64,000 nt of DNA from Prevotella sp. (GTDB lineage: Bacteria > Bacteroidota > Bacteroidia > Bacteroidales > Bacteroidaceae). Within the stretch, counting starts at the first letter, position 1, and every line of letters begins with the position of its first letter. The notes under the pieces are model-generated. The model saw nothing but the letters and a program-made list of their open reading frames with translations. It was not told where the DNA came from and did no database searches. Shown here one piece after another: positions 32,646-45,101 of the stretch. The translations under genes and the position numbers were made by a program. The stretch lies in the NCBI GenBank assembly GCA_017470055.1, contig JAFUFD010000087.1, forward strand, positions 53,467 to 117,466, written 5' to 3'.

Positions 32646-32786
32646 AGGGACTAGTAAACGCAAAGGATGGGCATCTATCCAAATACAGATGCCATTCTTT
32701 TGGTTACCTGTTGTCTTAAATGATGTGAAAGTCTTTGCCATATAGAAATTATGTTGTACCTTCGCAGACGAGAATTGAAAAAGAAG

Positions 32787-34466
32787 ATGAAAAAAGCACT
32801 GATATCACTGGCAGGAGTCATGCTGTTGATGACATCCTGTGGCGGAGGACTGAAGTCGCTCTCTGCCGATAACTTCAAGGTAGCCTCCAACCCTTTAGAG
32901 GTTGAGGGAGGACAGGTACAGGCAACCATCAACGGACTGTTTCCTGAGCAGTATATGAATCGCAAGGCGGTGGTGACGGTTACCCCCGAGTTGCGCTACA
33001 CCCAGAATGGAGTGCAGCAAACGGCAAAAGGACAGTCAGCCACCTTCCAAGGCGAGAAGGTGATGGGTAATGACCAAGTCATCTCCTACCTGTTAGGAGG
33101 TCATTACACGATGAAGACCGCATTTCCCTACGAGGCTGCGATGCAACAAAGCGACCTCTACCTGACTTTTGATGCGAAAGTGGGTAATAAGCAAGTGAGG
33201 GTTCCTGCCGTGAAGATCGCCGAAGGTGTCGTCGCCACCAGTGAACTGTACCATCAGGCAGTGACTACGGCACAGCCTTGTGTGGCACCCGATGCCTTCC
33301 AACGTATCACCGAGCAGAGACTCGACGCCAGCGTGAAGTTCCTCATCCAGCAGGCGGAATTGCGCAAGAGTGAGTTACAGTCAAACTCCGTGCAGGACTT
33401 CGTGAAACTGTTACAGCAGATTGCCCGTGACCAAGAGGGGCTGAACCTCTCCAACGTGGAGATCTCCGCCTATGCCTCTCCTGACGGTGGCGTGAAACTC
33501 AACGAGCAACTTGCCAACAAGCGTCAGCAGAACACGGAGAGTTATGTGCGCCAGCAGATGAAGAACGCCAACCTGGAGGGTGGTGTCAGTTCCGAGTATA
33601 CCGCACAGGACTGGGAAGGTTTCCAGGAGTTGGTGAAGGCAAGCAATATCCCCGACAAGGATGTCATCCTGCGTGTCCTCTCCATGTATCAGGACCCTCA
33701 GGAGCGTGAGCAGCAGATCAAGAACCTCAGTCAGGGCTTCAAGGAACTCGCTGACGGTATCCTGCCCGAACTGCGCCGTGCCCGTATGACCATCAACTAC
33801 GAGGTCATCGGACGTGATGACGAACAGATATTCAGCCAGTATGAGCAGGATGCCTCGAAACTGAGTGTCGAGGAACTACTCTATGCCGCCTCTATCGCCC
33901 GTACTGACGGCGAGAAGGAAGATATCCTGAAGACCACCAACCGTCTGTATGCTAACGACGCACGTGCACTGAACAACCTCGGTGTCCTCGCCCTGCAACA
34001 GGGAAAGAAGGGAGAGGCACAACGATACTTCCAACAGGCTCAGACGGTACAGCAACTGCCAGAGAGCAGCGCTAACCTCGGACTGCTCGCCTTACAGGCT
34101 GGTGACCTGCAACAGGCAGAGAACCTAATCGCCAAGTCGGCGGGTGCCAACGGGCTCTCGGAGGCTTTAGGCAACCTGCATCTTGCGCAAGGCAACTACG
34201 CCCTTGCCCAACAGGACTTCGGCTATCGCCCCAGCAATAGTGCGGCACTCGCCCAGTTGTTGAACAAAGACTATGCCCGTGCCCAACAGACTTTGAAGAA
34301 TGTGAAGAACGGGGATGCGGTGACCGACTATCTCGCTGCCATCGTCCAAGCACGCCAAGGAAATAACGATGCCGCAGCCTCTTTCCTGCGCAGTGCCCTG
34401 CAAAAGGATCCCTCGCTGAAGAGTTATGCCGATAAGGATTTGGAACTGAAGGATGTCAGCAAATAA
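32787..34466 (+). CDS. TPR-repeat outer-membrane lipoprotein
   Basis: Start chosen at MKKALI, downstream of promoter-like TACCTTCG; lipobox MTSC; AYASPDG; C-terminal TPRs (ALNNLG...). Confidence 0.8.
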   Translation: MKKALISLAGVMLLMTSCGGGLKSLSADNFKVASNPLEVEGGQVQATINGLFPEQYMNRKAVVTVTPELRYTQNGVQQTAKGQSATFQGEKVMGNDQVISYLLGGHYTMKTAFPYEAAMQQSDLYLTFDAKVGNKQVRVPAVKIAEGVVATSELYHQAVTTAQPCVAPDAFQRITEQRLDASVKFLIQQAELRKSELQSNSVQDFVKLLQQIARDQEGLNLSNVEISAYASPDGGVKLNEQLANKRQQNTESYVRQQMKNANLEGGVSSEYTAQDWEGFQELVKASNIPDKDVILRVLSMYQDPQEREQQIKNLSQGFKELADGILPELRRARMTINYEVIGRDDEQIFSQYEQDASKLSVEELLYAASIARTDGEKEDILKTTNRLYANDARALNNLGVLALQQGKKGEAQRYFQQAQTVQQLPESSANLGLLALQAGDLQQAENLIAKSAGANGLSEALGNLHLAQGNYALAQQDFGYRPSNSAALAQLLNKDYARAQQTLKNVKNGDAVTDYLAAIVQARQGNNDAAASFLRSALQKDPSLKSYADKDLELKDVSK

Positions 34467-35466
34467 GTTTTACCATTTGCTATTTGCTATTGGCTGTCTG
34501 CTGTTAGTCAGTTGCGGTCCGGAGGGAGACAAGTTCCGCCTCTCTGGCCGACTGCGTAACATCAACCAGGGGCAGTTCCTGGTATACAGTCCTGACGGCG
34601 GTTTCGTCGGGATAGACACCATCAAAGTACAGAACGGACGTTTCGCCTATGAGCGAGAGGTGCGTAATGACATCACCCTGATGCTTGTCTTCCCGAACTT
34701 CAGCGAACAGGCTATCTTTGCCGCCCCAGGGGAGGAGGTCGAGATCAAGGGTGATGCCACCCACCTGAAGGAGATCACCATCAAGGGCACTGACGAGAAC
34801 GATGAGTTGACGAAGTTACGCATGCGTGTCAACAAACTCACACCCCCTGAGATTCCCGCCGCTATCGCACAATATATAGAGGAGGAGCCCACCTCTATCG
34901 TCAGTCTCTACCTGCTCGACAAATATTTCGTCAGTGCAAAGACCCCTGACTATGTGGAAGGGCAACGCCTTGCCAGTCTGATGCTCAAAGCGAACCCAGA
35001 CAACGGCAGGTTGAGAAAACTGAAAAAGCAACTCGACGGGTTGAGGAACAACAGACTGCAAGCCACCCTTCCCGCTTTCTCCGTCACGGACATGAAAGGA
35101 CAGAAGGTAAACAACAGTATGATGAAGAACAAGGTAGGTGTTATCACCACATGGGCGACCTGGCACTATCCCAGTCTGGAGATTCAGCGCAGACTACGCA
35201 AACTACAGAAGAAGCACGCCCAGGACCTTGCCTTGCTGAGTATCTGTCTGGATGGCGACAAGCGGGAGTGTCAGAAGCGAGTAGACCGTGACTCCCTGCA
35301 GTGGTCTATCGTCTGTGACGGACAGTTGTTCCAGACTCCCCTCGTACAACAACTGGGGCTCTTTGTCATACCTGCTATGCTGGTCGTCAACAAACAGGGT
35401 CGCATCGTTGCCCGCGACCTTGAGGCTAACAAGGTAGAGGAGGAAATCGAGAAAATCCTAAGATAG
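34453..35466 (+). CDS. DUF4369/thioredoxin-like lipoprotein
   Basis: Lipobox LVSC; DTIKVQNGRF; TWATW in place of a CxxC motif; GRIVARD. Confidence 0.7.
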   Translation: MSANKFYHLLFAIGCLLLVSCGPEGDKFRLSGRLRNINQGQFLVYSPDGGFVGIDTIKVQNGRFAYEREVRNDITLMLVFPNFSEQAIFAAPGEEVEIKGDATHLKEITIKGTDENDELTKLRMRVNKLTPPEIPAAIAQYIEEEPTSIVSLYLLDKYFVSAKTPDYVEGQRLASLMLKANPDNGRLRKLKKQLDGLRNNRLQATLPAFSVTDMKGQKVNNSMMKNKVGVITTWATWHYPSLEIQRRLRKLQKKHAQDLALLSICLDGDKRECQKRVDRDSLQWSIVCDGQLFQTPLVQQLGLFVIPAMLVVNKQGRIVARDLEANKVEEEIEKILR

Positions 35467-35961
35467 TCAGACATCAGGCTGGAAGAGCACCGCCTTCCCC
35501 GCCTTCAACGATGCCGGCACATCAATCAGTCGCTGGTTGCTGCTACCCCGAAACAACAAACGCTCATCACGCAATTTCTTGATAAACGGACCATCGACCA
35601 AGACATCGATGAGTTCGAGCAACTGCCGATGGCGGGGGTTATGCACCAACGTCTCGAAGGTGAAACCAGTAAAACACCAGATATCTTTCTTTGTACGCTC
35701 ACGGATGGCACGAGCCAGTTCGGCAAAGCCCTCCGGCTGATACATCGGGTCGCCCCCTGTGAAAGTGACATTGGCATAGGGGTCTGCCTCGATGATCCGC
35801 ATGATATCCTCGGTAGACATCGGATGCCCTCCACTGAAGTCCCACGACTGGGGGTTATGGCACCCAGGGCAGGCATGACGGCAACCCGCACAATAGATAG
35901 AGGTCCGGAAGCCCGGACCGTCTACCATGGTATCTTCTATGATGTCAAGGACAGATATCAT
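35467..35961 (-). CDS. nrdG: Anaerobic ribonucleotide reductase activase
   Basis: VDGPGFR; CRHACPGC radical-SAM motif; FRGSSNQR. Confidence 0.95.
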   Translation of the reverse strand: MISVLDIIEDTMVDGPGFRTSIYCAGCRHACPGCHNPQSWDFSGGHPMSTEDIMRIIEADPYANVTFTGGDPMYQPEGFAELARAIRERTKKDIWCFTGFTFETLVHNPRHRQLLELIDVLVDGPFIKKLRDERLLFRGSSNQRLIDVPASLKAGKAVLFQPDV

Positions 35962-35983
35962 TTGCTGGTTTTTCCTAGTTTTC

Positions 35984-38218
35984 CTAGAAGAGTTCCTGCT
36001 GCTGCGAGCCCTCGATATGTGTCACACGATCGTTGAGTTCACAGAGTTTACCGTGATTCCAACGGTCGGTAGTACCTACGAGGTAACCCGTGATACGCTG
36101 CAGTTTGTCGATATGGGTGCTGCCACACTGCGGACAAACCTCCAAAGAAGGTGTCGCATTCTCATAACCGCAGTCCATACAACGGTTACGGTTGTGGTTG
36201 ACAGAGCCATAGCCCATATTCAACTTATCCATCATATCCACGACACCCATGATGACCTGTGGGTTATGGGTGGCATCACCGTCAATCTCCACATAGAAGA
36301 TATGACCGCCACGTGTCATCTCATGGTAAGGAGCCTCCACCTCTGCCTTATGGCGAGCGGAGCACTTGTAGTATACAGGGACATGGTTGGAGTTCGTATA
36401 GTAGTCACGGTCTGTCACTCCAGGAATGATGCCAAACTCCTTACGGTCCTTCTTGGTGAACTTACCACTAAGCCCCTCGGCTGGTGTGGCAAGAACAGAG
36501 TAGTTGTGCTGATAGCGGTCACAGAAGTCGCTAATGCGCTGGCGCATATAGCCCACAATCTTCAATCCCAATTCCTGTGCCTCCTCGCTCTCACCATGAT
36601 GCTTACCGATCAGTGCCACAAGACACTCGGCAAGTCCGATAAAACCGATACCCAGTGTGCCTTGGTTGATGACACTCTCGATGGTATCTGTAGGCTTCAG
36701 TTTATCCGCACCAATCCACAGACTCCTCATCAATAGGGGGAACTGTTTGACAAAGGCAGTTTTCTGGAACTGGAAGCGCTCATCCAACTGTTTGGCGGCA
36801 ACCTCCAGTTGCTCATCGAGTTTCGAGAAGAATTTGGCGATGCGCGCCTCCTTGTCCTGTACATCCATACACTCAATGGCAAGACGTACGATATTGATAG
36901 TGGAGAAGGAGAGGTTACCACGTCCGACAGAGGTCTTCATGCCATAGCGGTTCTCAAACACACGGGTACGACAACCCATCGTTGCCACCTCGTGCATATA
37001 ACGCTTCGGATCATCTGCCCGCCACTCGCTGCTCTGGTTGAAAGTGGCGTCAAGGTTCAGGAAGTTAGGGAAGAAACGACGAGCCGTCACTTTGCAGGCG
37101 AGTTGATAGAGGTCGTAGTTAGGATCCTCTGGGAGATAATTCACACCACGCTTTTTCTTCCAAATCTGAATGGGGAAGATAGCGGTCTCGCCATTGCCCA
37201 CTCCCTGATAGGTGCTATTGAGCAACTCACGCATGATGCAACGCCCCTCGGCAGAGGTGTCGGTACCATAGTTAATGGAAGAGAATACCACCTGGTTACC
37301 ACCACGTGAGTGGATGGTGTTCATATTATGGATAAACGCCTCCATAGCCTGATGCACACGACCCACGGTCTTGTTGATGGCATGCTGACGTATGCGGTCA
37401 ACACCCTGCAAGCCGTCTAACGGCAATTTCAGGTAGTCAATCAGCGGTTCTTCATAGAGTTTGCTGTAATCCTCTCCGTTCAGGTCCTCCAGGTTTTTCA
37501 GTTCCTCGATATAAGAGGAGCGGACGTAAGGGGCAAGGTAGAAGTCGAAAGCGGGGATAGCCTGTCCACCATGCATCTCATTCTGCGCACACTCCAAGGA
37601 GATGCAGGCAAGGACTGCGGCTGTCTCAATGCGCTTGGCGGGGCGACTGGCACCATGACCAGCGATAAAGCCCTGTGTCAGAATATTGTCCAACGGATGC
37701 TGGCAACAGGTGAGTGACTTGGTAGGATAGTAGTCTTTGTCATGGATATGCAGATAGTTATGCTCCACGGCCTCACGACTCTCCGGGGACAAGAGATAGT
37801 CGTCCACAAACGGCTTTGTCGTCTCGGAAGCGAATTTCATCATCATGCCAGCAGGAGTGTCGGCATTCATGTTAGCGTTCTCACGAGTAACGTCATTGTT
37901 CTTGATGTTGACGATATCGAGGAAGACATCACGGGTTTTTGCCTTACGGGCTATAGAACGCTGGTTGCGGTAGGCGATATAACGCTGAGCCACATCCTTA
38001 CGGCTCGACTTCATCAGTTCTACCTCCACAGCATCTTGGATTTCCTCTACGGTCATCTGCGAATTACCCTTAGCAGCAATACGGTCTGTGATGGTCTGGA
38101 GCAAGCGATCATCCTCACCTTTCTCTGTACTCAGCATCGCCTTACGGATGGCTGCCATGATTTTCTGTTCGTTAAATCCCACAATGCGCCCGTCGCGCTT
38201 TACAACAGTCTGTATCAT
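35984..38218 (-). CDS. nrdD: Class III anaerobic ribonucleoside-triphosphate reductase
   Basis: ATP cone VVKRDG; MGCR; ATPAEGL; YYTNS; CxxC...CPQC; RITGYL glycyl-radical motif. Confidence 0.97.
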   Translation of the reverse strand: MIQTVVKRDGRIVGFNEQKIMAAIRKAMLSTEKGEDDRLLQTITDRIAAKGNSQMTVEEIQDAVEVELMKSSRKDVAQRYIAYRNQRSIARKAKTRDVFLDIVNIKNNDVTRENANMNADTPAGMMMKFASETTKPFVDDYLLSPESREAVEHNYLHIHDKDYYPTKSLTCCQHPLDNILTQGFIAGHGASRPAKRIETAAVLACISLECAQNEMHGGQAIPAFDFYLAPYVRSSYIEELKNLEDLNGEDYSKLYEEPLIDYLKLPLDGLQGVDRIRQHAINKTVGRVHQAMEAFIHNMNTIHSRGGNQVVFSSINYGTDTSAEGRCIMRELLNSTYQGVGNGETAIFPIQIWKKKRGVNYLPEDPNYDLYQLACKVTARRFFPNFLNLDATFNQSSEWRADDPKRYMHEVATMGCRTRVFENRYGMKTSVGRGNLSFSTINIVRLAIECMDVQDKEARIAKFFSKLDEQLEVAAKQLDERFQFQKTAFVKQFPLLMRSLWIGADKLKPTDTIESVINQGTLGIGFIGLAECLVALIGKHHGESEEAQELGLKIVGYMRQRISDFCDRYQHNYSVLATPAEGLSGKFTKKDRKEFGIIPGVTDRDYYTNSNHVPVYYKCSARHKAEVEAPYHEMTRGGHIFYVEIDGDATHNPQVIMGVVDMMDKLNMGYGSVNHNRNRCMDCGYENATPSLEVCPQCGSTHIDKLQRITGYLVGTTDRWNHGKLCELNDRVTHIEGSQQQELF

Positions 38219-38240
38219 ATCCTTGCGTTTTATATTTTAA

Positions 38241-39389
38241 TTATAATTGTTTGCGATAGCAACGATGGCGACGGTGCTGGGTCGCCTCTAAATATTGCCA
38301 TTGTCCACGCATATGCTCGTTGGACTCCATCTGCGGCATCGCCTCTGCCCATTTGAAACCATAGCGTTGGAACCATTGGATGAGGTCGTCGAAGATCAGC
38401 GAGTTGGCTCCTTTTGCACGATATTCCGGCAGCACACCTATCAGCAGCAGGTCGACCACCTCCGTCTTATGCCATTTCAGCACTTTCAGCAGGTGCCACC
38501 ACCCAAAGGGCAGCATCTTGCCGTCACGGGTTTTCCGCAATGCCTGGTTGAACGAGGGGAAGGTGATGCCAAATCCCACCATCTTATGTTCAGGCGTGCT
38601 CCAGTCTTCAATCGCCGTCACCAGATTGAGGTCTGCAACTTTAATATATTGATCTACCAATTGGTTGATCTGCTTCTCGGAGAGTTGGGAATAACCGTAC
38701 AGGTCCTTATACGTGGCATTGATGATGTCGAAGATCTCCTTGCCCTTACCGCCTTGTATCAACTCCTGGCGTGTGAACTTACGCACCTGCAGGTTATAAC
38801 GGCTACGGATCATCTCCGCAATCTTATGAAACTTATCGGGCACCCGCTCTGGCACCTTGACACGGTACTCCATGTAGTCATTGTCTTTCTCAAACCCGCC
38901 CATCTGCTCAATATGCTGCACATAGTACGGATAATTGTAGTTGATATACATGGTGGCATCCTCGTCAAAACCTTCTATCAGCAAGCCCTCACGGTCCATA
39001 TCTGTGAAGCCGAGAGGTCCTGCCATCTCTGTCATGCCCTTCTCCTTACCCCATTTCTCCACTGTCTCGATGAGCGCACGGCTCACCTCCTCGTCATCGA
39101 TGAAGTCGAGCCATCCGAAGCGCACCTGCTTCCGTTGCCAACGCTCATTGGCACGATGATTGACGATAGCAGCGACACGCCCTACCATCTCCTCCCCACG
39201 GAAAGCAATGAAATAGTCGACCTCACAGAAGTCGAAACACGCATTGCGATCCTTCCGCAGGGTGTTCATCTCATCAGCGTAGAGGAACGGCACTGCCTGT
39301 GGACATTCACGGTATAAGTCATAGTGGAACTGAACGAATTGCTTCAGGTCCTTGGTACTGCTAACTTTCTTGATTTCAATAGGTTTCAT
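38241..39389 (-). CDS. GNAT-fold N-acetyltransferase (YghO-like)
   Basis: VGRVAAIVN...FGWLDF; GPLGFTD; YNYPYY; IGVLPEYRAKG. Confidence 0.8.
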   Translation of the reverse strand: MKPIEIKKVSSTKDLKQFVQFHYDLYRECPQAVPFLYADEMNTLRKDRNACFDFCEVDYFIAFRGEEMVGRVAAIVNHRANERWQRKQVRFGWLDFIDDEEVSRALIETVEKWGKEKGMTEMAGPLGFTDMDREGLLIEGFDEDATMYINYNYPYYVQHIEQMGGFEKDNDYMEYRVKVPERVPDKFHKIAEMIRSRYNLQVRKFTRQELIQGGKGKEIFDIINATYKDLYGYSQLSEKQINQLVDQYIKVADLNLVTAIEDWSTPEHKMVGFGITFPSFNQALRKTRDGKMLPFGWWHLLKVLKWHKTEVVDLLLIGVLPEYRAKGANSLIFDDLIQWFQRYGFKWAEAMPQMESNEHMRGQWQYLEATQHRRHRCYRKQL

Positions 39390-39391
39390 AG

Positions 39392-39463
39392 TACCCCGAC
39401 CGAGAATCGAACTCGGAACTAAGCTTTAGGAGAGCCTTGTTATATCCATTTAACTATCAGGGC
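39392..39463 (-). tRNA. tRNA-Arg(CCT), no encoded CCA
   Basis: GCCCTGA TA GTTAAATGGATATAAC A AGGCT-CT CCT AA-AGCTT AGTT CCGAG TTCGATT CTCGG TCGGGGT A cloverleaf. Confidence 0.95.
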
Positions 39464-39480
39464 TTCGATTTTTATGACTG

Positions 39481-39539
39481 CAAAGATAGCAAAAACTTTA
39501 AACTTTAAACGCTAAACTCTAAACTTTTTACTATCTTTG
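39481..39539. promoter_or_regulatory. Divergent TATCTTTG promoters separated by a heptamer repeat (AAAC(T/G)(T/C)T x5)
   Basis: caaagata at 39481-39488; tatctttg at 39532-39539; repeat at 39493-39527. Confidence 0.7.
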
Positions 39540-39566
39540 CATGAGATTTTAAAATTATTTTAAATA

Positions 39567-40031
39567 ATGGGAAAATTAGTCATCAACTCGTACGACGAGT
39601 TTGCAGCCCATCTGGGCGAGGAACTGGGAGCCTCTGAGTGGCTGGAAGTCGACCAGGATCGTATCAACCTCTTTGCTGATGCCACGCTTGACCATCAGTG
39701 GATTCATGTGGATGTGGCTCGCGCCAAGGAGGAGAGTCCTTACAAGAGCACCATCGCCCACGGCTATCTGACCTTGAGTCTGCTCCCTTATATGTGGGAC
39801 CAGATCATTGAGGTCAACAATATCAAGATGCTGGTGAACTATGGCATGAACGACATGCGTTTCGGACAGCCCGTCATCACGGGTAGCCGTGTCCGTCTGG
39901 TCACCACGCTACACGCCATCCAGAACCTGCGAGGCATCTGCAAGGCGGAGATCAAGTTCAAGATAGAGATTGAGGGACAGCGCAAGCCCGCCCTCGAAGG
40001 TATTGCCGCTTTCCTCTATTACTTTGAGTAA
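39567..40031 (+). CDS. MaoC-family dehydratase
   Basis: FADATLDHQWIHVD...IAHGYLTLSL hydratase-2 motif. Confidence 0.9.
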   Translation: MGKLVINSYDEFAAHLGEELGASEWLEVDQDRINLFADATLDHQWIHVDVARAKEESPYKSTIAHGYLTLSLLPYMWDQIIEVNNIKMLVNYGMNDMRFGQPVITGSRVRLVTTLHAIQNLRGICKAEIKFKIEIEGQRKPALEGIAAFLYYFE

Positions 40032-40032
40032 T

Positions 40033-40099
40033 ACGTTACATTTGCGAAAGTTTATGATACAATAGACATGATGATTCTCAGGTTTTTTACCTATCTTTG
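40033..40099 (+). promoter_or_regulatory. GH10-CE1 promoter (-7 TATCTTTG) with 21-bp-period operator
   Basis: GTTACA at 40035 and GATACA at 40056; TATCTTTG at 40092. Confidence 0.65.
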
Positions 40100-40147
40100 C
40101 AGCGACACAAAGACTTGTGAATAAAATGTAAACTATAAAACGAATAA

Positions 40148-42310
<2,163 letters not shown>

Positions 42311-42313
42311 AAT

Positions 42314-43510
42314 ATGAGAACGAGACTCTTTTTGATAAACTACTGGCAACATCTACTGGTCGCCCTACTTGCCATAACAGTGTTCTGCTTCTGGTATCTC
42401 TTCTATCCGCATGTGGTAGTAGGAAGGGAGATGGCGCAGATGTTTCTATGGAATAGCGACTATTTCATGGAACGGTTTGTCACCCCAGGGGGACTGGCAC
42501 AATATCTCGGAGAGTTTCTCGTACAGTTTTTCCTGAACCCGATTGTTGGTGCCTGCATTTATACTCTGCTGTATGTCGCCATCCTGTTGCTTGCCTATCG
42601 CCTATGGCAACAGGCATTCCCACGCATCAGGAAAATATACCTTCTGATGCTCTCCCTCGTTCCAGTCATCATACTATGGTATCTTGCCTGCGACCTGTAT
42701 GTTCCTATGACGTCAACGGTTGCCATCCTGTTGGTCTTGACGGTCATGGTGGTGTTGCCTACCCGCCAGAAGCCACACCTTGTTTGCCTGATTATACTAA
42801 CTCCTGTCCTCTACTGGCTTGTTGGACCCGCCGCTATCCTGTTGGCACTCTGCAGTCTCCGTTGGTCATGGCTCATCGCACTTCTCTTGGGCGCATGCAT
42901 ACTGGGGAGTTCATGGATAGCCCCCTACCCGCTGCGCCAACTTGCCAGAGGCGTGGACTACTACTGGGAGGAGAAGAACATTGGCGACAATGGCTTGTTG
43001 GTCTATGACTACCTGCTGAGACAAGGGAAATGGGATGAGATAGAACGGGAGAGTCTTCGCCACCCCAGACAGTTGGTTACCATCCAGCAACTGGTGTCAC
43101 TGGCACAATTCTATCAGCAACGTCTTTCCCAACAAGAACTGTTCTGGAACCTGGCACAAGCGCATGGGGTGTTGAAGGACGAGATCACCGCCTTTATGAT
43201 GAGTGATGTCTATCTGCAAGCAGGAATGGTCAACATGTCACAACGGTCCGCTTTTGAGGCGATGGAGGCTATTCCCAATCATAACAAAAGCGGCAGGGCA
43301 CTGAAACGACTCGTTGAGACCAGTCTGATCACGAAACAATACGCACTTGCCCTAAAATATATCTCCCTGTTAGAGCAGACCCTACTCTATCGGGAGTGGG
43401 CAAAAGAGAAGAGAGCACTCGCAGAACATCCCGAGCGCATTGCCAAACATCCGTTCTACGGGAAATTACAAGAGGTATTTGCCAGCACGGATGAGATGTT
43501 TTTCTATTAA
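42314..43510 (+). CDS. Multi-pass membrane protein (DUF6057-like)
   Basis: EMAQMFLW...PGGLAQYLGEFLVQFF; several TM segments, then a TPR-like soluble region. Confidence 0.7.
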   Translation: MRTRLFLINYWQHLLVALLAITVFCFWYLFYPHVVVGREMAQMFLWNSDYFMERFVTPGGLAQYLGEFLVQFFLNPIVGACIYTLLYVAILLLAYRLWQQAFPRIRKIYLLMLSLVPVIILWYLACDLYVPMTSTVAILLVLTVMVVLPTRQKPHLVCLIILTPVLYWLVGPAAILLALCSLRWSWLIALLLGACILGSSWIAPYPLRQLARGVDYYWEEKNIGDNGLLVYDYLLRQGKWDEIERESLRHPRQLVTIQQLVSLAQFYQQRLSQQELFWNLAQAHGVLKDEITAFMMSDVYLQAGMVNMSQRSAFEAMEAIPNHNKSGRALKRLVETSLITKQYALALKYISLLEQTLLYREWAKEKRALAEHPERIAKHPFYGKLQEVFASTDEMFFY

Positions 43511-43521
43511 TAACTACTATC

Positions 43522-45000
43522 ATGAGAAAGAGATTCCCAAAGGCTTGTCTTATAATGATGATGGCATGTTTGCTCGTCGGATGTACGTCACGCCCTCAAA
43601 ACGTGACGAAAGTCAACCAGCAACCTGTCATCTATCCCGATTATACTGACGTGACGATACCCGTAGGCATCGCTCCCCTGAACTTCTCCATGGCAGACGA
43701 CAAGGTCACTACGATGGATGTCATCGTGAAAGGCTCCAAGACGGGAACGCTACATGCCAATGGTGACTATGCCGATTTCGACATGGATGACTGGCATCAG
43801 TTGCTGGAAGACAACAAGGGAGGTCAACTCCAAGTGACGGTATGTGCGGAGAAAGACGGGAGGTGGTTCCAATATCGTGACTTCACAATACATGTCAGCA
43901 AGCATGCCCTTGACGAATGGGGCATCACCTATCGCCGTATCCCACCCAGTTACGAACTCTATAGTGGCATGGGACTCTACCAGCGCGACCTCTCTAATTT
44001 CAAGGAGACGGCACTGTTGGAGAACACACAGTCACCAGGAATGTGCCTCAACTGCCATACCGCCAACCGCACCCGTTCCAACCAATATGTGTTCCATGTC
44101 CGTGGAAAACATGGAGCCACTGTCGTCCATCAACAGGGGAAAGAAGAGTTCCTTCAGGCGAAGAATGCGGAGTTAGGAGGCTCTATGGTCTATCCCTACT
44201 GGCATCCTGACGGACGCTACTGCGCTTTCTCTACGAATGCGACCACTCAGATGTTCCATTTCAAGAGCAACAAGCGCATTGAGGTATACGACACCAAGTC
44301 GGATGTGTTTATTTATGACACTAAGACTCATTCCATCCTTAAGGACACCCTCACTATGAGATATCTCTGGGCAGAAAATACCCCCGCTTTCTCACCCGAC
44401 GGGAAATGGCTTTATTTCACGACGGCAAGACGACAAGTATACCCCACCGACTATAACAAAGAACGCTATAGCCTCTGCCGTGTTGCCTTCGATGCGAAGA
44501 CAGGAAAACTGGGACAACAGGTCGACACCCTCCTCTCTGCCAACCAGACTGGTAAGAGTATGACATGGCCCCGTCCCTCGTATGACGGGAAATATCTGAT
44601 GTATACCGTTGCCGACTATGGTTATTTCTCCATCTGGCATCCCGAGGCAGACCTCTGGTTGCTCGACTTGCAGACAGGAGCATCCCGCCCGATGACGGAG
44701 GTCAACAGCCCCTGTGCCGAGAGTTTCCATAACTGGAACACAAATAGTCACTGGTTCCTGTTTACGAGTCGACGGGATGACGGACTATACACCCGTATCT
44801 ACCTGTCGTCGATAGAGGATGGGAAGGCAACCAAACCTTTCATGCTTCCCCAACGGAATCCCAAAGCATACTACCAACGATTACTCTATTCTTACAACAC
44901 CCCAGACTTCTCGGATGGTCCCATCAAACCACATGCCCGGGAACGAGGAAATACCATTGAGAGCGACCAACGTGTCGCTACTACCGTCAAACCCATGTAA
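43522..45000 (+). CDS. TolB/PD40 beta-propeller lipoprotein with CxxCH motif
   Basis: Lipobox LVGC; IYPDY; CLNCH; PYWHPDG, PAFSPDG and PSYDG repeats. Confidence 0.75.
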   Translation: MRKRFPKACLIMMMACLLVGCTSRPQNVTKVNQQPVIYPDYTDVTIPVGIAPLNFSMADDKVTTMDVIVKGSKTGTLHANGDYADFDMDDWHQLLEDNKGGQLQVTVCAEKDGRWFQYRDFTIHVSKHALDEWGITYRRIPPSYELYSGMGLYQRDLSNFKETALLENTQSPGMCLNCHTANRTRSNQYVFHVRGKHGATVVHQQGKEEFLQAKNAELGGSMVYPYWHPDGRYCAFSTNATTQMFHFKSNKRIEVYDTKSDVFIYDTKTHSILKDTLTMRYLWAENTPAFSPDGKWLYFTTARRQVYPTDYNKERYSLCRVAFDAKTGKLGQQVDTLLSANQTGKSMTWPRPSYDGKYLMYTVADYGYFSIWHPEADLWLLDLQTGASRPMTEVNSPCAESFHNWNTNSHWFLFTSRRDDGLYTRIYLSSIEDGKATKPFMLPQRNPKAYYQRLLYSYNTPDFSDGPIKPHARERGNTIESDQRVATTVKPM

Positions 45001-45002
45001 AC

Positions 45003-45080
45003 GAAGCCTCCAAACGAGGTGTTTGAAGGCTTCAAACGATGCGAATGGAGGCTCCAAACGATGTGTTTGGAGCCTCCATT
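45003..45080. repeat. Tandem palindromic repeat G(G/A)AG(G/C)CT(C/T)C x4, period 22 bp; probably also a bidirectional terminator
   Basis: Units at 45003, 45025, 45047 and 45069; perfect 16-bp stem AATGGAGGCTCCAAAC/GTTTGGAGCCTCCATT; between convergent genes. Confidence 0.85.
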
Positions 45081-45101
45081 TATTTGCGTGGTCAGTGGCC
45101 C

